Virus record (IMG/VR): IMGVR_UViG_3300037455_001519
From: an uncultured virus (IMG/VR IMGVR_UViG_3300037455_001519)
Lineage: Duplodnaviria; Heunggongvirae; Uroviricota; Caudoviricetes
DNA length: 64,000 nt
Strand: one strand, 5' to 3'
In this document: one piece after another, positions 31,956-42,032 of the stretch
How positions within the stretch are numbered: the stretch's first letter is position 1
Layout: each line of letters begins with the position of its first letter
Translations under genes and position numbers: made by a program
Notes under the pieces: model-generated
What the model was told of the DNA's origin: nothing
What the model saw: the letters and a program-made list of their open reading frames with translations, nothing else
The model's database searches: none

Positions 31956-32930
31956 TTAAATTTCTTTTTTAAAACTTGTCATTTTTACGGGTTTAAGTTT
32001 ACCTTCTTCATTCTTAAAGAATGCACCAGATTTATCTAAACCTTCTTTAATTCTATCTTCAGTAGATACTCTAAAGTTTTCAATGCCAGAATAATTAACA
32101 ATAATTTCAGTTGCGCTAACCATATCTTCATCACCAGCTAAGAAAACTAATAATGTTGGAACAGTAGTTTTATTTTTAGCATCAAAATCTTTTGTCCAAA
32201 CTTTTGTTTTTATAATACCTTCATCTAAATATTTAATTTCTTCTCTAAAAGGTAGTCCAATATCTCCAGCAGGAACTACTTCGCAAGTATAATATTTAAC
32301 ACTACCATCATCTTTTTGAATTCCGAAAGAAAAGCTTGGTTTAATTTTAAATACCGTAGCCCTTCCGCCTTCTGTTGGTTTATTTATTAAAAATTCTGGA
32401 GTTGGGTCAAAAGAAACAATATGTTCTTTTTTTAAATTTTCTAATAATTTAACATAGAATTCTGTAATAAATAATCTTTTACCAACTAATGCAGAATCTT
32501 GAATATTCATTGATACATCATAATTAATTAAACTAGTTTTACTATATTTATGTAATAAAATTTCAACACCTGTAAAGTCCAAACAATATACAACAAGTGC
32601 ATCTTCATAGGTAGTTGATAATATTTGATGTGTATCACTTAAAATAAATTTATTAATAACTCTTCTAGAAATTAATGCATTAATTCTATTTCTAAATAAA
32701 TTTTCATCTTCTATCTTTAATAATTTAACTAATTGTTCAAAAGTAGCAAATCTAAAGAAGAATAGAATTTTAATTAATTCAAAATCATCAGGTTTATAAA
32801 AACCGTTAACAATATCCTTAGCTAATGCATTTTTATTAACTATACCGGGAGAAGCAAATGCAAAAGCTAAATTAGGCCACATTCCAGACGGAATACTTAA
32901 AAATTTAACATCTTTTTTAATATAATTCAT
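31956..32930 (-). CDS. Putative replication-relaxation (Replic_Relax) family protein
   Basis: N-terminal wHTH-like FRFATFEQL; LFITEFYVKL; IKPSFSF...YTCEV nuclease-like core. Confidence 0.55.
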   Translation of the reverse strand: MNYIKKDVKFLSIPSGMWPNLAFAFASPGIVNKNALAKDIVNGFYKPDDFELIKILFFFRFATFEQLVKLLKIEDENLFRNRINALISRRVINKFILSDTHQILSTTYEDALVVYCLDFTGVEILLHKYSKTSLINYDVSMNIQDSALVGKRLFITEFYVKLLENLKKEHIVSFDPTPEFLINKPTEGGRATVFKIKPSFSFGIQKDDGSVKYYTCEVVPAGDIGLPFREEIKYLDEGIIKTKVWTKDFDAKNKTTVPTLLVFLAGDEDMVSATEIIVNYSGIENFRVSTEDRIKEGLDKSGAFFKNEEGKLKPVKMTSFKKEI

Positions 32931-32943
32931 AATTTAAACCTCC

Positions 32944-33813
32944 TTATAATTTAAACTCGTCATCGAATTTAGTTAAAACTATTTTGCCTCTAACAGTTTT
33001 TCTATTTCCTAAATCCTTAACGCCAATAATTTGTATAAATACTTCGTCATTTACTTCAAAACCTTCCATTGGGAAGCATAATGCATCAATCATTGGTGCA
33101 ATATTAACAAAACATAATGTTGAAGTCTTTTTAACAATACGTCCTTTAACAACTTCATCTTCCTTAAAATCTTCAGGTTGTTTTGTCATTTCTTCTTGAT
33201 ATTTCTCTACCATAGTAACATAAATAGTATTCTTTTCTTCATTAAATTTAGATATTTTAACTTTTAAAGTATCACCAATTTTTTTAACTCTTTTAATATT
33301 AATATAACCATATGCAAATCCACTGTCATACAAGAAATATCTAATATTATCTTTGTCTACTAAATATGCTCCAAAATCAGTAAATCTATAAATAGTTGCT
33401 TCCACTTCTTTATCTATATATTTATCAAAATTTTCTATAATTTTTCTTTCATTTTCTTTGTTAAAATTATATTTATTAATAATATTTTTTCTATCTTTGT
33501 TTTGTTTTTTGATTTGGTTAGCAAAAACTTTATTGAATGTTTTTACTTTTGTGATATAAGCTTCAAGCTGAGTTCCTATCAAAGATTGAATACTTTCTTC
33601 ATCATATCTTCTAGAAAGATTTTCTGGTCTTATTAGAACAATCTTTTTACGGTTTTCATACATAAAATAGCCTTTCACACCATATTTTTTTGTTTTTGCC
33701 TCATCCTGAGAAATAAAAGTTACACTTTCGTCAACAGTGACAGTAATAGGTGTCTTATTTGTACGATATTCCTCTAAAGAAGATATTTCTTTTTCTTTTT
33801 CTTCTTTCGTCAT
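32944..33813 (-). CDS. Multi-S1-domain RNA-binding protein (ribosomal protein S1-like)
   Basis: Three S1-like units, e.g. VEATIYRFTDFGAYL...KIGDTLKVKI and VVKGRIVKKT..CFVNI. Confidence 0.8.
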   Translation of the reverse strand: MTKEEKEKEISSLEEYRTNKTPITVTVDESVTFISQDEAKTKKYGVKGYFMYENRKKIVLIRPENLSRRYDEESIQSLIGTQLEAYITKVKTFNKVFANQIKKQNKDRKNIINKYNFNKENERKIIENFDKYIDKEVEATIYRFTDFGAYLVDKDNIRYFLYDSGFAYGYINIKRVKKIGDTLKVKISKFNEEKNTIYVTMVEKYQEEMTKQPEDFKEDEVVKGRIVKKTSTLCFVNIAPMIDALCFPMEGFEVNDEVFIQIIGVKDLGNRKTVRGKIVLTKFDDEFKL

Positions 33814-34040
33814 TATTTTTCCTCCTTAAATTCTTCATCAATATTATTTTTTTGAGCAGAATTTGTTAAATTGACTTTAATAAAATCATCGTCCTCGTCT
33901 TTTTTATCCTGTTGGTCTTCTTCATCAGGTATGTTATTAATCTTTTTTAAAATATCTTCTAATTTAAAATGACGATACTCTAAAAAAACATCTAAAAGAC
34001 TTTTACGTTCTTCGAAGTTATTTTTTTCAAAAATGTTCAT
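33813..34040 (-). CDS. Small acidic hypothetical protein
   Basis: Coupled (TAATG) to the S1 gene; RBS GGAAG. Confidence 0.6.
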   Translation of the reverse strand: MNIFEKNNFEERKSLLDVFLEYRHFKLEDILKKINNIPDEEDQQDKKDEDDDFIKVNLTNSAQKNNIDEEFKEEK

Positions 34041-34161
34041 CAAAATCACTTCCCGACAAAAATTTCATTAATTACATTTGTATTATATGTGATTGCATAA
34101 TATATAACAACGTGTTTTTGTTTTAATCTATTTATTATATTCAGAATTCGATATTTTATAC

Positions 34162-34190
34162 TTGAAATTTCTCCGTTTTTATGATATAAT
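34162..34190 (+). promoter_or_regulatory. sigma-A promoter of recD2
   Basis: TTGAAA-17bp-TATAAT with extended TG; shows the ORF-track TTG start is too early. Confidence 0.75.
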
Positions 34191-34224
34191 TATATCAAGA
34201 AAAGAAAGATTGGAGGTAATGCAT

Positions 34225-36492
34225 ATGAGATATCATCTAAATGAAAAATTTAATGTTGTATTTGAAATATTAAATATTAAATATAGAGATAATTTCTTCG
34301 CAATTACCGAAGTAAAAATTTTAAAACTAGATTCGAGAGACATCTTACCTAAAAAAATGATAGTAAAAGGAAATTTTCCCACTATTTTTAAAGGTAATAT
34401 ATATGAAGCAGAAGTCTGTATTTCAGAACATTTACAATTTGGATTCTTTTTAAAATTATTAAATGTACCAAAAGAAAAAGTATCAAACAGTGAAAATGGA
34501 TTAGTAAATTTTTTAAAGAGCCATACAAAAAGCGTTACCAAAAACGAAGCAAAAGTTGTTGTAGACACATTGGGAATTGATTTAATAGATAAAATTAAAG
34601 AAAATCCAAATGCTTTAGACAATGTCGAATTATCTAAAAAGAAAAAGTTAGCTATTAAAAAGAGTGTTTTAAATCATTGGAATTTCGAAAAACTATTAAT
34701 TTTTTTACAATTAAATAATATCAATTCTAATGTTGCAAATTTAATTTACGATAAGTTTGAAGACGAATGCTTTTCTATTATTTACAAACATCCTTATAGA
34801 TTAATTGAAATTAAAGGGTTAGATTTTAAAATTATAGATTTCTTAGTTAAAAATAACGAAAAAATAAACTTTACAAAAAAAGAAAGATTAGAGGCAATTA
34901 TTGTTTCAATAATAAACAAATATGTTGAAAATTTAGGATATACTTGTGTAGAAAAAGATATTATAAAAGCAAATATAAAAAAATTTACAGATATATATGC
35001 AAGTATAGATGACAATAACTTTGAGGATAAATTAATAGAAGAAGTATTTACCGTATTAATAGACAAAGAAATTATAGTAATAGATAAAGTAAGTAATAAA
35101 GATTATGTATATTTTAAATATTTATATAAAAACGAAAATAACTTAGCTGCAAGAATTGTTGATTTAAATACAAAGTTAGAAGTTGGTGAAAAGATAGCAA
35201 CCAATCAGCAAATAGAAGATTTTATTAAACAATATGAAAAAGATTATTCTTTAACATTAGCAGAAGGTCAAAAAAATGCTATTTTAATGGCATTAAATAA
35301 TAAACTTAGTATTTTGACCGGTGGGCCAGGTACAGGCAAAACTCAAACTATTAACACTATATTAAAATGTATAAAAACATTGAGTCCTGAGACAACACTT
35401 TCGTTAATGGCTCCAACAGGAAAAGCATCAAATAGAATGAGCGAATTAACAGGAGAGAGTGCTTCTACAATACATAGAGCTATTAAATTAAATGGTTTTA
35501 TAAAAGATAATGAAACACAAATAGTTAATAGTGATTTTATTATTATAGATGAATGTTCAATGATTGACTCATATCTATTTGAACAGTTATTACTAAATGT
35601 AAAAACAGATGCAAAAATACTTTTTGTAGGTGACGCTAACCAGCTTCCTAGTGTAGGAGCCGGTAATGTTTTTAAACATTTAATAGACTGCAATACAATT
35701 CCAACGACTGAATTAACAGAAATTTTCAGACAATCATTATCTAGCAAAATAATTACAAATTCTCATAAATTAATAAAGGGAAATTTATCGCAAGATTTAG
35801 AATTAAATGATAAACAATCTGATTTTCATTTTAAAGAAGAAAATAGCTCTAATAAAATATTAGAAATTACTGAAAAAATGTACGAGTGGTTATTAAGAAA
35901 TAAACAATGTAGCGTAGAAGATATTTGTATTTTAGCTCCTATTAAAGATTCTGAAATAGGAACACATAATTTAAATAGAGCAATACAAAATAAAATAAAT
36001 CCTTGTAAAAACAAAGACAAAGAATATGCTATAAATGATATAGATGTATTAAGAGTTAATGATAGAGTAATGCAAACCGTAAACAACTATGAATTAGGAG
36101 TAATGAATGGTGAAGTTGGGATTGTTACAGATATTTCCGAATATAACAACAGTGGTTTAAAAGCTATTTATGTAGAATATAAAGATAAAGATGAACCTGT
36201 TTGTTATACTGGGGCATCAATTCCTGAATTAACATTAGCATATGCTTGTTCAATCCATAAAATGCAAGGTAGTGAAGTTCCATATATAATCAACATTATT
36301 CACGGAAGTCAAAAAAATATGTTAAATAGGAATTTAGTATATACAGCTTGGACAAGAGCAAAAAAAGAGATTTTTGTCATTGGTCAAAAAGAAGCTTTAG
36401 ATAAAGCTATAAATAATATTTCTTCTTTTAAAAGACAAAGTTTATTAAAAGAAAAAATAATAAAAAAGACTAAAGAGGGAATAATAAAATAA
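34225..36492 (+). CDS. recD2: RecD2-like SF1B helicase
   Basis: GGPGTGKT, APTGKAS, IIDECSM, GDANQLPSVG, YACSIHKMQGSE, YTAWTRAK. Confidence 0.93.
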   Translation: MRYHLNEKFNVVFEILNIKYRDNFFAITEVKILKLDSRDILPKKMIVKGNFPTIFKGNIYEAEVCISEHLQFGFFLKLLNVPKEKVSNSENGLVNFLKSHTKSVTKNEAKVVVDTLGIDLIDKIKENPNALDNVELSKKKKLAIKKSVLNHWNFEKLLIFLQLNNINSNVANLIYDKFEDECFSIIYKHPYRLIEIKGLDFKIIDFLVKNNEKINFTKKERLEAIIVSIINKYVENLGYTCVEKDIIKANIKKFTDIYASIDDNNFEDKLIEEVFTVLIDKEIIVIDKVSNKDYVYFKYLYKNENNLAARIVDLNTKLEVGEKIATNQQIEDFIKQYEKDYSLTLAEGQKNAILMALNNKLSILTGGPGTGKTQTINTILKCIKTLSPETTLSLMAPTGKASNRMSELTGESASTIHRAIKLNGFIKDNETQIVNSDFIIIDECSMIDSYLFEQLLLNVKTDAKILFVGDANQLPSVGAGNVFKHLIDCNTIPTTELTEIFRQSLSSKIITNSHKLIKGNLSQDLELNDKQSDFHFKEENSSNKILEITEKMYEWLLRNKQCSVEDICILAPIKDSEIGTHNLNRAIQNKINPCKNKDKEYAINDIDVLRVNDRVMQTVNNYELGVMNGEVGIVTDISEYNNSGLKAIYVEYKDKDEPVCYTGASIPELTLAYACSIHKMQGSEVPYIINIIHGSQKNMLNRNLVYTAWTRAKKEIFVIGQKEALDKAINNISSFKRQSLLKEKIIKKTKEGIIK

Positions 36493-36504
36493 GGAGATGT
36501 TAAT

Positions 36505-36924
36505 ATGAAAAAATTAATATTAAGTCATAATAAAATATTTACTGGTAATTCTGGCAATGCCGATATATATAAATTTTTAGATAATTTAAATTTAGATAAT
36601 TTAAAAAAATTATATGAAAATAATAATAATTATAAAAATAACAAATATTATTTTAAAGTATCAAAATTAAGATATTCTGAAGATATTTCTAATTATGGTT
36701 TTAAAATTGTTTATAACGATTGGACAAATCAAGAAGAGGGTTACGAATTACAAGATGGAGATTACAAATTATTTATTCCTATAAAAATGAATAAAGATGG
36801 TAATGCATATATTACATCTAATATGACAGAAACTAAAAATTCTTCAAAAATAATTGATACATTAAAAAGAATGCTAAAAGCGAAACTAGTAAAAACAGAA
36901 ATAGTTGAACAAAAAAAGAACTAA
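36505..36924 (+). CDS. Hypothetical protein
   Basis: AGGAG RBS; co-oriented with recD2. Confidence 0.7.
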   Translation: MKKLILSHNKIFTGNSGNADIYKFLDNLNLDNLKKLYENNNNYKNNKYYFKVSKLRYSEDISNYGFKIVYNDWTNQEEGYELQDGDYKLFIPIKMNKDGNAYITSNMTETKNSSKIIDTLKRMLKAKLVKTEIVEQKKN

Positions 36925-37545
36925 TTAATTTAGTTCTTTTATTTTTGAAATAATTATTTTTTTAACGTCGTTAAAAATTTCCTCTGGAGAGCGATTTGCA
37001 TCGATAATTACAATTCTATCAAATTGTTTGGCTAATTCTAAATATCCATTTCTAACTTTTTTATGGAAATCTAAAGATTCTAAATCTAATCTATTTACTT
37101 CTCTATTTTTATCTTTATTTATTCTATTTAAGCCTATTTCAGGGTCTAAATCGAAATATAAAGTTAAATCTGGAATTTTGTAATTAATAGCCTCATTTGC
37201 TTTAAGAATTTTTTCTATACCTAATCCTCTAGCATATCCTTGGTATACAAAATTACTGTCAACATATCTATCACAGATAACCATTCTTCCGGCATTAAGT
37301 GCAGGTAAGATAGTTTCTTTTAAATGTTGATTTCTGTCAGCTGCATATAATAACGCTTCTGTTTCAGAGTCCATCATTGTATTTTCTTTATTAACAATAA
37401 CTTCTCTAATTTGTTTACCAATATCAGTACCGCCAGGTTCTCTGGTTACAATAAAGTCGATGCCTTCATTATTAAAAAAATCTTGAAGCATTCTAATAAT
37501 AGTAGATTTTCCGCTTCCTTCGCCGCCTTCTAAAGTAACGAACAT
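36925..37545 (-). CDS. tmk: Thymidylate kinase
   Basis: FVTLEGGEGSGKST, TREPGG, LLYAADR, CDRYVDS..YQG. Confidence 0.96.
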   Translation of the reverse strand: MFVTLEGGEGSGKSTIIRMLQDFFNNEGIDFIVTREPGGTDIGKQIREVIVNKENTMMDSETEALLYAADRNQHLKETILPALNAGRMVICDRYVDSNFVYQGYARGLGIEKILKANEAINYKIPDLTLYFDLDPEIGLNRINKDKNREVNRLDLESLDFHKKVRNGYLELAKQFDRIVIIDANRSPEEIFNDVKKIIISKIKELN

Positions 37546-37601
37546 ATTTATCACTCCTTTACTAAATTATTTCTATATATTTTACTAAAAAATTTTTTAT
37601 A

Positions 37602-37633
37602 AAACAAAAACGGGGCGCTTAAATAAACGCCCC
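37602..37633 (-). terminator. Intrinsic terminator of small-peptide gene
   Basis: GGGGCG...CGCCCC stem followed by GTTTTTGTTTT on the minus strand. Confidence 0.75.
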
Positions 37634-37714
37634 TGGGATTCCAAAAAATGAATAATCACGATAAGTAAAAAAATCTTTAAAAAACATTTCTAAACTCAAT
37701 ACTAAATTTTTCAT
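37619..37714 (-). CDS. 31-aa small peptide MKNLVLSLEMFFKDFFTYRDYSFFGIPGAFI
   Basis: AAAGGGA RBS, 5' hairpin TAAGGC-tacg-GCCTTA, GC-rich terminator overlapping the stop. Confidence 0.6.
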   Translation of the reverse strand: MKNLVLSLEMFFKDFFTYRDYSFFGIPGAFI

Positions 37715-37814
37715 TTTTAATCATCCCTTTCTTTGGAAAAATTTCCTATTTGAGTAAGGCCGTAGCCTTAATATATATTATTTATAAAATTTCTTTTATA
37801 TTATTTTTTTATAA

Positions 37815-38354
37815 TTATTTATCAAAATTAAATGAAATTTCATTATTTTCATTTAAAACTAATTTAGCAGTAAAAGTTTTATTTTCTTTTGATTTAAATT
37901 TAATTGGATTAGTTGTTTTATTTTCTAATAGCATTTGTGCAATGTCTTCTGTAATATCAGTACCGGCAATAACGCCACTAATTTTAAAATTACAGTCTGT
38001 ACACTTATAATAAGCTCCATATAAACCTTCTTTTAAAATAATATCATTTTTACATTTAGGACATTTGCCAATAACTTTGTCTTCTGTTTTAACAAAATTA
38101 AGTTCAGTACCAAGCGATTCTTTGTTTAAAACAATTTTAGCTTTAAAAGAATTACCTTTATTTGACTTCATATCAAATACACCAGAATCTTTTCTTAATA
38201 CAATCTTATTGAAAATTTCAGGAGTTATATTAACCCCACAAATAGTTTTAAAAATTTTAAATCCACAGCCTTCTTTATCTTCGCAATAATAACAACCTTT
38301 GTTTTCAAGTATAGTTTTACCGCAATTTGGACATTTTTCTAATTCTTGACTCAT
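37815..38354 (-). CDS. Stand-alone topoisomerase C-terminal zinc-ribbon/repeat protein
   Basis: Two CPxC...C(x)nC-FKI...IxG...KSxxxxxFxAKxVL units, homologous to the C-terminus of the upstream TopB. Confidence 0.8.
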   Translation of the reverse strand: MSQELEKCPNCGKTILENKGCYYCEDKEGCGFKIFKTICGVNITPEIFNKIVLRKDSGVFDMKSNKGNSFKAKIVLNKESLGTELNFVKTEDKVIGKCPKCKNDIILKEGLYGAYYKCTDCNFKISGVIAGTDITEDIAQMLLENKTTNPIKFKSKENKTFTAKLVLNENNEISFNFDK

Positions 38355-38456
38355 TCTATGACCTCCCATTTATCATTTACATACATATATTATATACAAT
38401 ATATACTTTTTTTAAAATATAAAACTTTTTTATAAAAAAAGAGTATCAAAATACTC

Positions 38457-40547
38457 TTATTTAAATTGAAATTTAATTTCGTTGTTTTCTAAAATCAAAA
38501 TGGCATTAAATTTTTTATTATTTTTTGATATAAAACCTTTGATTTCTTTTGTTTTTTGATTCTTTAATAGTTCTTTAACATTAGTATCTGATATCGCTTT
38601 GCCAGCAATTTTTCCGCTAATTTTAAAGTCACAAGATGTGCATTTAAAATATTTTCCGAATTTTCCAGATGTAGAGATAAAATCGCTGTTACACTTAGGA
38701 CATTTACCTAAAACAGAATTATTATTGTTGCTATATGTAGTAGAAACATTTTTTTCATATTTTAAGCTTTTTAATTCATTTACTAATCCAGTAATATATT
38801 GAATCATCTCTTTATTAAAATTATCTGTTTTTAAAGTTCCATCTTCAATCATACTTAATTTCTTTTCAAATTCAGCAGTTAATTCAACATTAGCAATATT
38901 CATATTTCCTAGTGTTTTGATTTGCCACATTCCTAAATCTGTAGGTACAAAATATTTTTTATCTTTTTTAATTACTCCAATTTGTAATAATCTTTCAATA
39001 ATTCCGGCACGAGTGGCAGGAGTTCCAAGAGATAAACCTTTCATCTCTTCTAAAAGTTGTTCATCTTTAATATTCTTACCAGCAGTTTCCATTGCTTTAA
39101 TCAAAGTTGCGTCATTATATCTTGTTGGAGGTTGTGTAAATTTACTTTGAATGTCTGTATCAATTAAATTCACTTTATCTCCCTTTTTAACTAATGGCAA
39201 TTCTGTATCGACTGAATTTTTACCTAAGACTTCTAAATATCCTTTATCAATCATTATAGAACCATTTGTTTTAAACAAATGTCCATCATCTTCTGTAACA
39301 ATAACGGTTTTATCGCATACACTAGCTGGCATAAATATCGCAATAAATCTTCTACAAATCAAATCATATAATGCTTTTTCATCAGATGTTAATGAAACTT
39401 TATTAGGATTTTCAGTTGTTGGAATTAAAGCATAATGGCTACCAACTTTTTTATCATTAACATATTTTGAATTTTCACTAGCTTTATCTAGATTTGTTTT
39501 TGTGATTTTTTTAATAAATTCAGTATATTCAGAAACATTTTTTAAATTATTTAATAAATTAGGAAATGTCTTTGCTACGCTTTCTGTTACACAAACACTT
39601 TCTGTTCTTGGATAAGAAGTTATTTTTTTCTCATATAAACTTTGTGCCAAATCTAATGTTTTTTGTGCACTAAAGCCAAGTTTAGTATTTGCTTCTTGTT
39701 GTAGAGTTGTTAAGCTAAATAATTGAGGAGCTTGAGTTTCTACTCTTTTAGTTTCTACTGCAATAATTTTAGCTTCATTTTTTAAATCATTTTTAATATT
39801 TTCTATTTCTTTTTTATCGATTATCATTTTGTCATCATTTGGATTAAAATAAGTTCCAATATATTGACTATTACTATCATTATTAAAAGTAGCATTTAAT
39901 ACAAAATATTCTACAGGTTTAAAATTCTGAATTTCCAATTCTCTATCAACAATTAATTTTAAAACAGGTGTTTGAACACGTCCTATAACAGTTTTAGAAG
40001 CTGTTTTAAGGGCAAAAGCTCTCGTTCCATTCATACCTATTAACCAATCCATTTTAGCTCTAGAAAAGGCTCTATTAGTTAAATTAACAAGAGAATCTTC
40101 TTGCTCGTCGCGTAAATTTTTAAAGGCTCTATTTATTTCATCTTCTGTTAAATCATTAGCCCATAATCTTAATAACGGAAGTTTTGTTCCAATTAAATTT
40201 ATATTAGTATGAAATATTGCTTGGCCTTCAGCATCACCGTCGCAATTATTTATAATACCATCGTAATCTCCTGATTTAACAGCTTTCTTTATATCATTGA
40301 ATAACTTAGTCTTATCTTTGCTGACTTTATACAAGAATTGTTCAGGGATAATTGGAAGAGTCGATAAATCCCATTTTAACCATTCATCCTTATATTCTTG
40401 AGGTTCTTTTAAAGCACATAAATGTCCTGCAAAACTCATAAAATCAGCAGTAAAGTTATATTCATTTTTATGAGAATTATAAACAGCCTGAACTGTCCTA
40501 GATAAACTAGGTTTTTCAGATAAAACTAAATAATGTGGTTTATTCAT
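38457..40547 (-). CDS. topB: Type IA DNA topoisomerase III
   Basis: SEKPS, DGDAEG, GRVQTP, AQSLYEKKITSYPRT (catalytic Tyr), LGTPATRA. Confidence 0.93.
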   Translation of the reverse strand: MNKPHYLVLSEKPSLSRTVQAVYNSHKNEYNFTADFMSFAGHLCALKEPQEYKDEWLKWDLSTLPIIPEQFLYKVSKDKTKLFNDIKKAVKSGDYDGIINNCDGDAEGQAIFHTNINLIGTKLPLLRLWANDLTEDEINRAFKNLRDEQEDSLVNLTNRAFSRAKMDWLIGMNGTRAFALKTASKTVIGRVQTPVLKLIVDRELEIQNFKPVEYFVLNATFNNDSNSQYIGTYFNPNDDKMIIDKKEIENIKNDLKNEAKIIAVETKRVETQAPQLFSLTTLQQEANTKLGFSAQKTLDLAQSLYEKKITSYPRTESVCVTESVAKTFPNLLNNLKNVSEYTEFIKKITKTNLDKASENSKYVNDKKVGSHYALIPTTENPNKVSLTSDEKALYDLICRRFIAIFMPASVCDKTVIVTEDDGHLFKTNGSIMIDKGYLEVLGKNSVDTELPLVKKGDKVNLIDTDIQSKFTQPPTRYNDATLIKAMETAGKNIKDEQLLEEMKGLSLGTPATRAGIIERLLQIGVIKKDKKYFVPTDLGMWQIKTLGNMNIANVELTAEFEKKLSMIEDGTLKTDNFNKEMIQYITGLVNELKSLKYEKNVSTTYSNNNNSVLGKCPKCNSDFISTSGKFGKYFKCTSCDFKISGKIAGKAISDTNVKELLKNQKTKEIKGFISKNNKKFNAILILENNEIKFQFK

Positions 40548-40560
40548 ATAACGTACCTCC

Positions 40561-40785
40561 TTAATTATGAACAATTTTACACTCTAAAGTATCATCGTTT
40601 AAAAAATGTCTATCGTGTAATATATAATCGTCATTTTCTTTATTACAAAAATTTTCTATTAAATCATCGCATATTGTTGTTATAGTTCCAAAATATATTT
40701 TTTGTGTTCCGTCTAATATATATAAATTACCATTTTCATCTTCTTTTGCATTATTTAATAATTTTATAAATTGTTCTTTATTCAT
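40561..40785 (-). CDS. Hypothetical protein
   Basis: GAAGG RBS; directly upstream of topB. Confidence 0.65.
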   Translation of the reverse strand: MNKEQFIKLLNNAKEDENGNLYILDGTQKIYFGTITTICDDLIENFCNKENDDYILHDRHFLNDDTLECKIVHN

Positions 40786-41024
40786 ACGAATTACCTTCTT
40801 TCTTATGAATATATTATATCATATTTTTTGTTTTTTTTCAAGATAAGACGAATAAATATTAATAATTTTAACAAAAAAAAGAATGCTTTTAGCACCCTTT
40901 TTTGTGTATATAAATATGCACTTCCTTTTATTTAAACTTGATATATTATCTTCCTAATTAATCTCTTGCTTTCTTTGGAATAATTAAAGCTAAAAATAAC
41001 TATAATATATTTAAGAAAGTGAGA

Positions 41025-41198
41025 TTAGTTTTTCTTGTTATTTTTTATAATAACAAATGTGATATTACCATTAGTAATAATGTTGGAATTTTGCATTACT
41101 AATGATAAATTTATGGAGTCATCTCCTTTCTTTTTATTTGCAAAGAAAGAAGAGATTCCTTTTATAAAACTGATTATTTTTAAAATCATTTGTTTCAT
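41025..41198 (-). CDS. 57-aa small protein (MKQMILKIISFIKGISSFFANKKK...)
   Basis: GGAGGT RBS; amphipathic basic N-terminus; below the ORF-track cutoff. Confidence 0.5.
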   Translation of the reverse strand: MKQMILKIISFIKGISSFFANKKKGDDSINLSLVMQNSNIITNGNITFVIIKNNKKN

Positions 41199-41485
41199 AA
41201 GCATTACCTCCGTATTTTTTCGAGGTAATAAAAGGACAATAAAAAGAATTTAAATAAGAGAACTTAAATTCTTTTACAAGAGATATCAAGCCTCTTATTT
41301 TTTTTATATATCAAGAGTAAATATTTTTACTCCTTTCATATATATAATTATTTTATACAAATATTTTAAGAAGAATCTATTTTAGATTCTTTTTGTTATT
41401 CAAGAAATTAAATATTTTTAATATAAAACAATTACTTTAATAAAATATAATGATATCTGAAAAGATATAGAAAGGAAATGATGTT

Positions 41486-41692
41486 ATGAAATTAAAAGAA
41501 TTACTAGAATTAATTAATCAACTAGTAAAAGATTACGGAACCGACATATTAGAAAAAAAAGTATATGTTGGAGATGATGATGGTTGTAATGATTTTCACG
41601 CTACAGGATATGTTGATAAATGGACAAAAGAAGAATATGAAGACATTCCTGGTTTAGAAGATGAAGATGATGACATTATTGCATTATTTTAG
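41486..41692 (+). CDS. Small acidic hypothetical protein
   Basis: AAAGGA RBS; 68 aa. Confidence 0.7.
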   Translation: MKLKELLELINQLVKDYGTDILEKKVYVGDDDGCNDFHATGYVDKWTKEEYEDIPGLEDEDDDIIALF

Positions 41693-41706
41693 TAGGAGGA
41701 TTAATT

Positions 41707-41991
41707 ATGAGAACAGTATATTCAACTTCTCGTCTTTTTGTAGATAAAGATGTATTTGATATTATTTATTTATATTTACTAGAAACTGAAGAAAATGGAT
41801 ATGAATTAGTATTTAATTTTCAAAACCAAGAAAAAAAGAAGCTAATATCAGATGAAAAAGTTTTTGATAAAAAGACAAGAAGTAAAATTGTAAAATCAAT
41901 AACATTCGAAGATGCTAAAGAAGTTATTTTTGTAGATTTATTAGAAGATGAAATTAATGACTTCCTTAATAAATTAAAAGGTAATTATTAG
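41707..41991 (+). CDS. Hypothetical protein
   Basis: AGGAGG RBS; terminator follows. Confidence 0.7.
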   Translation: MRTVYSTSRLFVDKDVFDIIYLYLLETEENGYELVFNFQNQEKKKLISDEKVFDKKTRSKIVKSITFEDAKEVIFVDLLEDEINDFLNKLKGNY

Positions 41992-41993
41992 CA

Positions 41994-42028
41994 TAAAAAA
42001 AGAGTAGATTTTCTACTCTCTTTTTTTT
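41994..42028. terminator. Bidirectional terminator
   Basis: AAAAAAAGAGTAGA-ttt-TCTACTCTCTTTTTTT. Confidence 0.75.
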
Positions 42029-42032
42029 ATTT

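Noticed and set aside
31934..31958. Short tandem TGTGAGAGATT x2 after the Replic_Relax-like gene as iterons/oriT
   Set aside because: Only two copies and no further supporting structure
36328..36330. AGG sense-codon reassignment as reported in some uncultured Bacilli
   Set aside because: AGG occupies a conserved Arg position (LNRNLVYT in RecD2), consistent with the standard meaning
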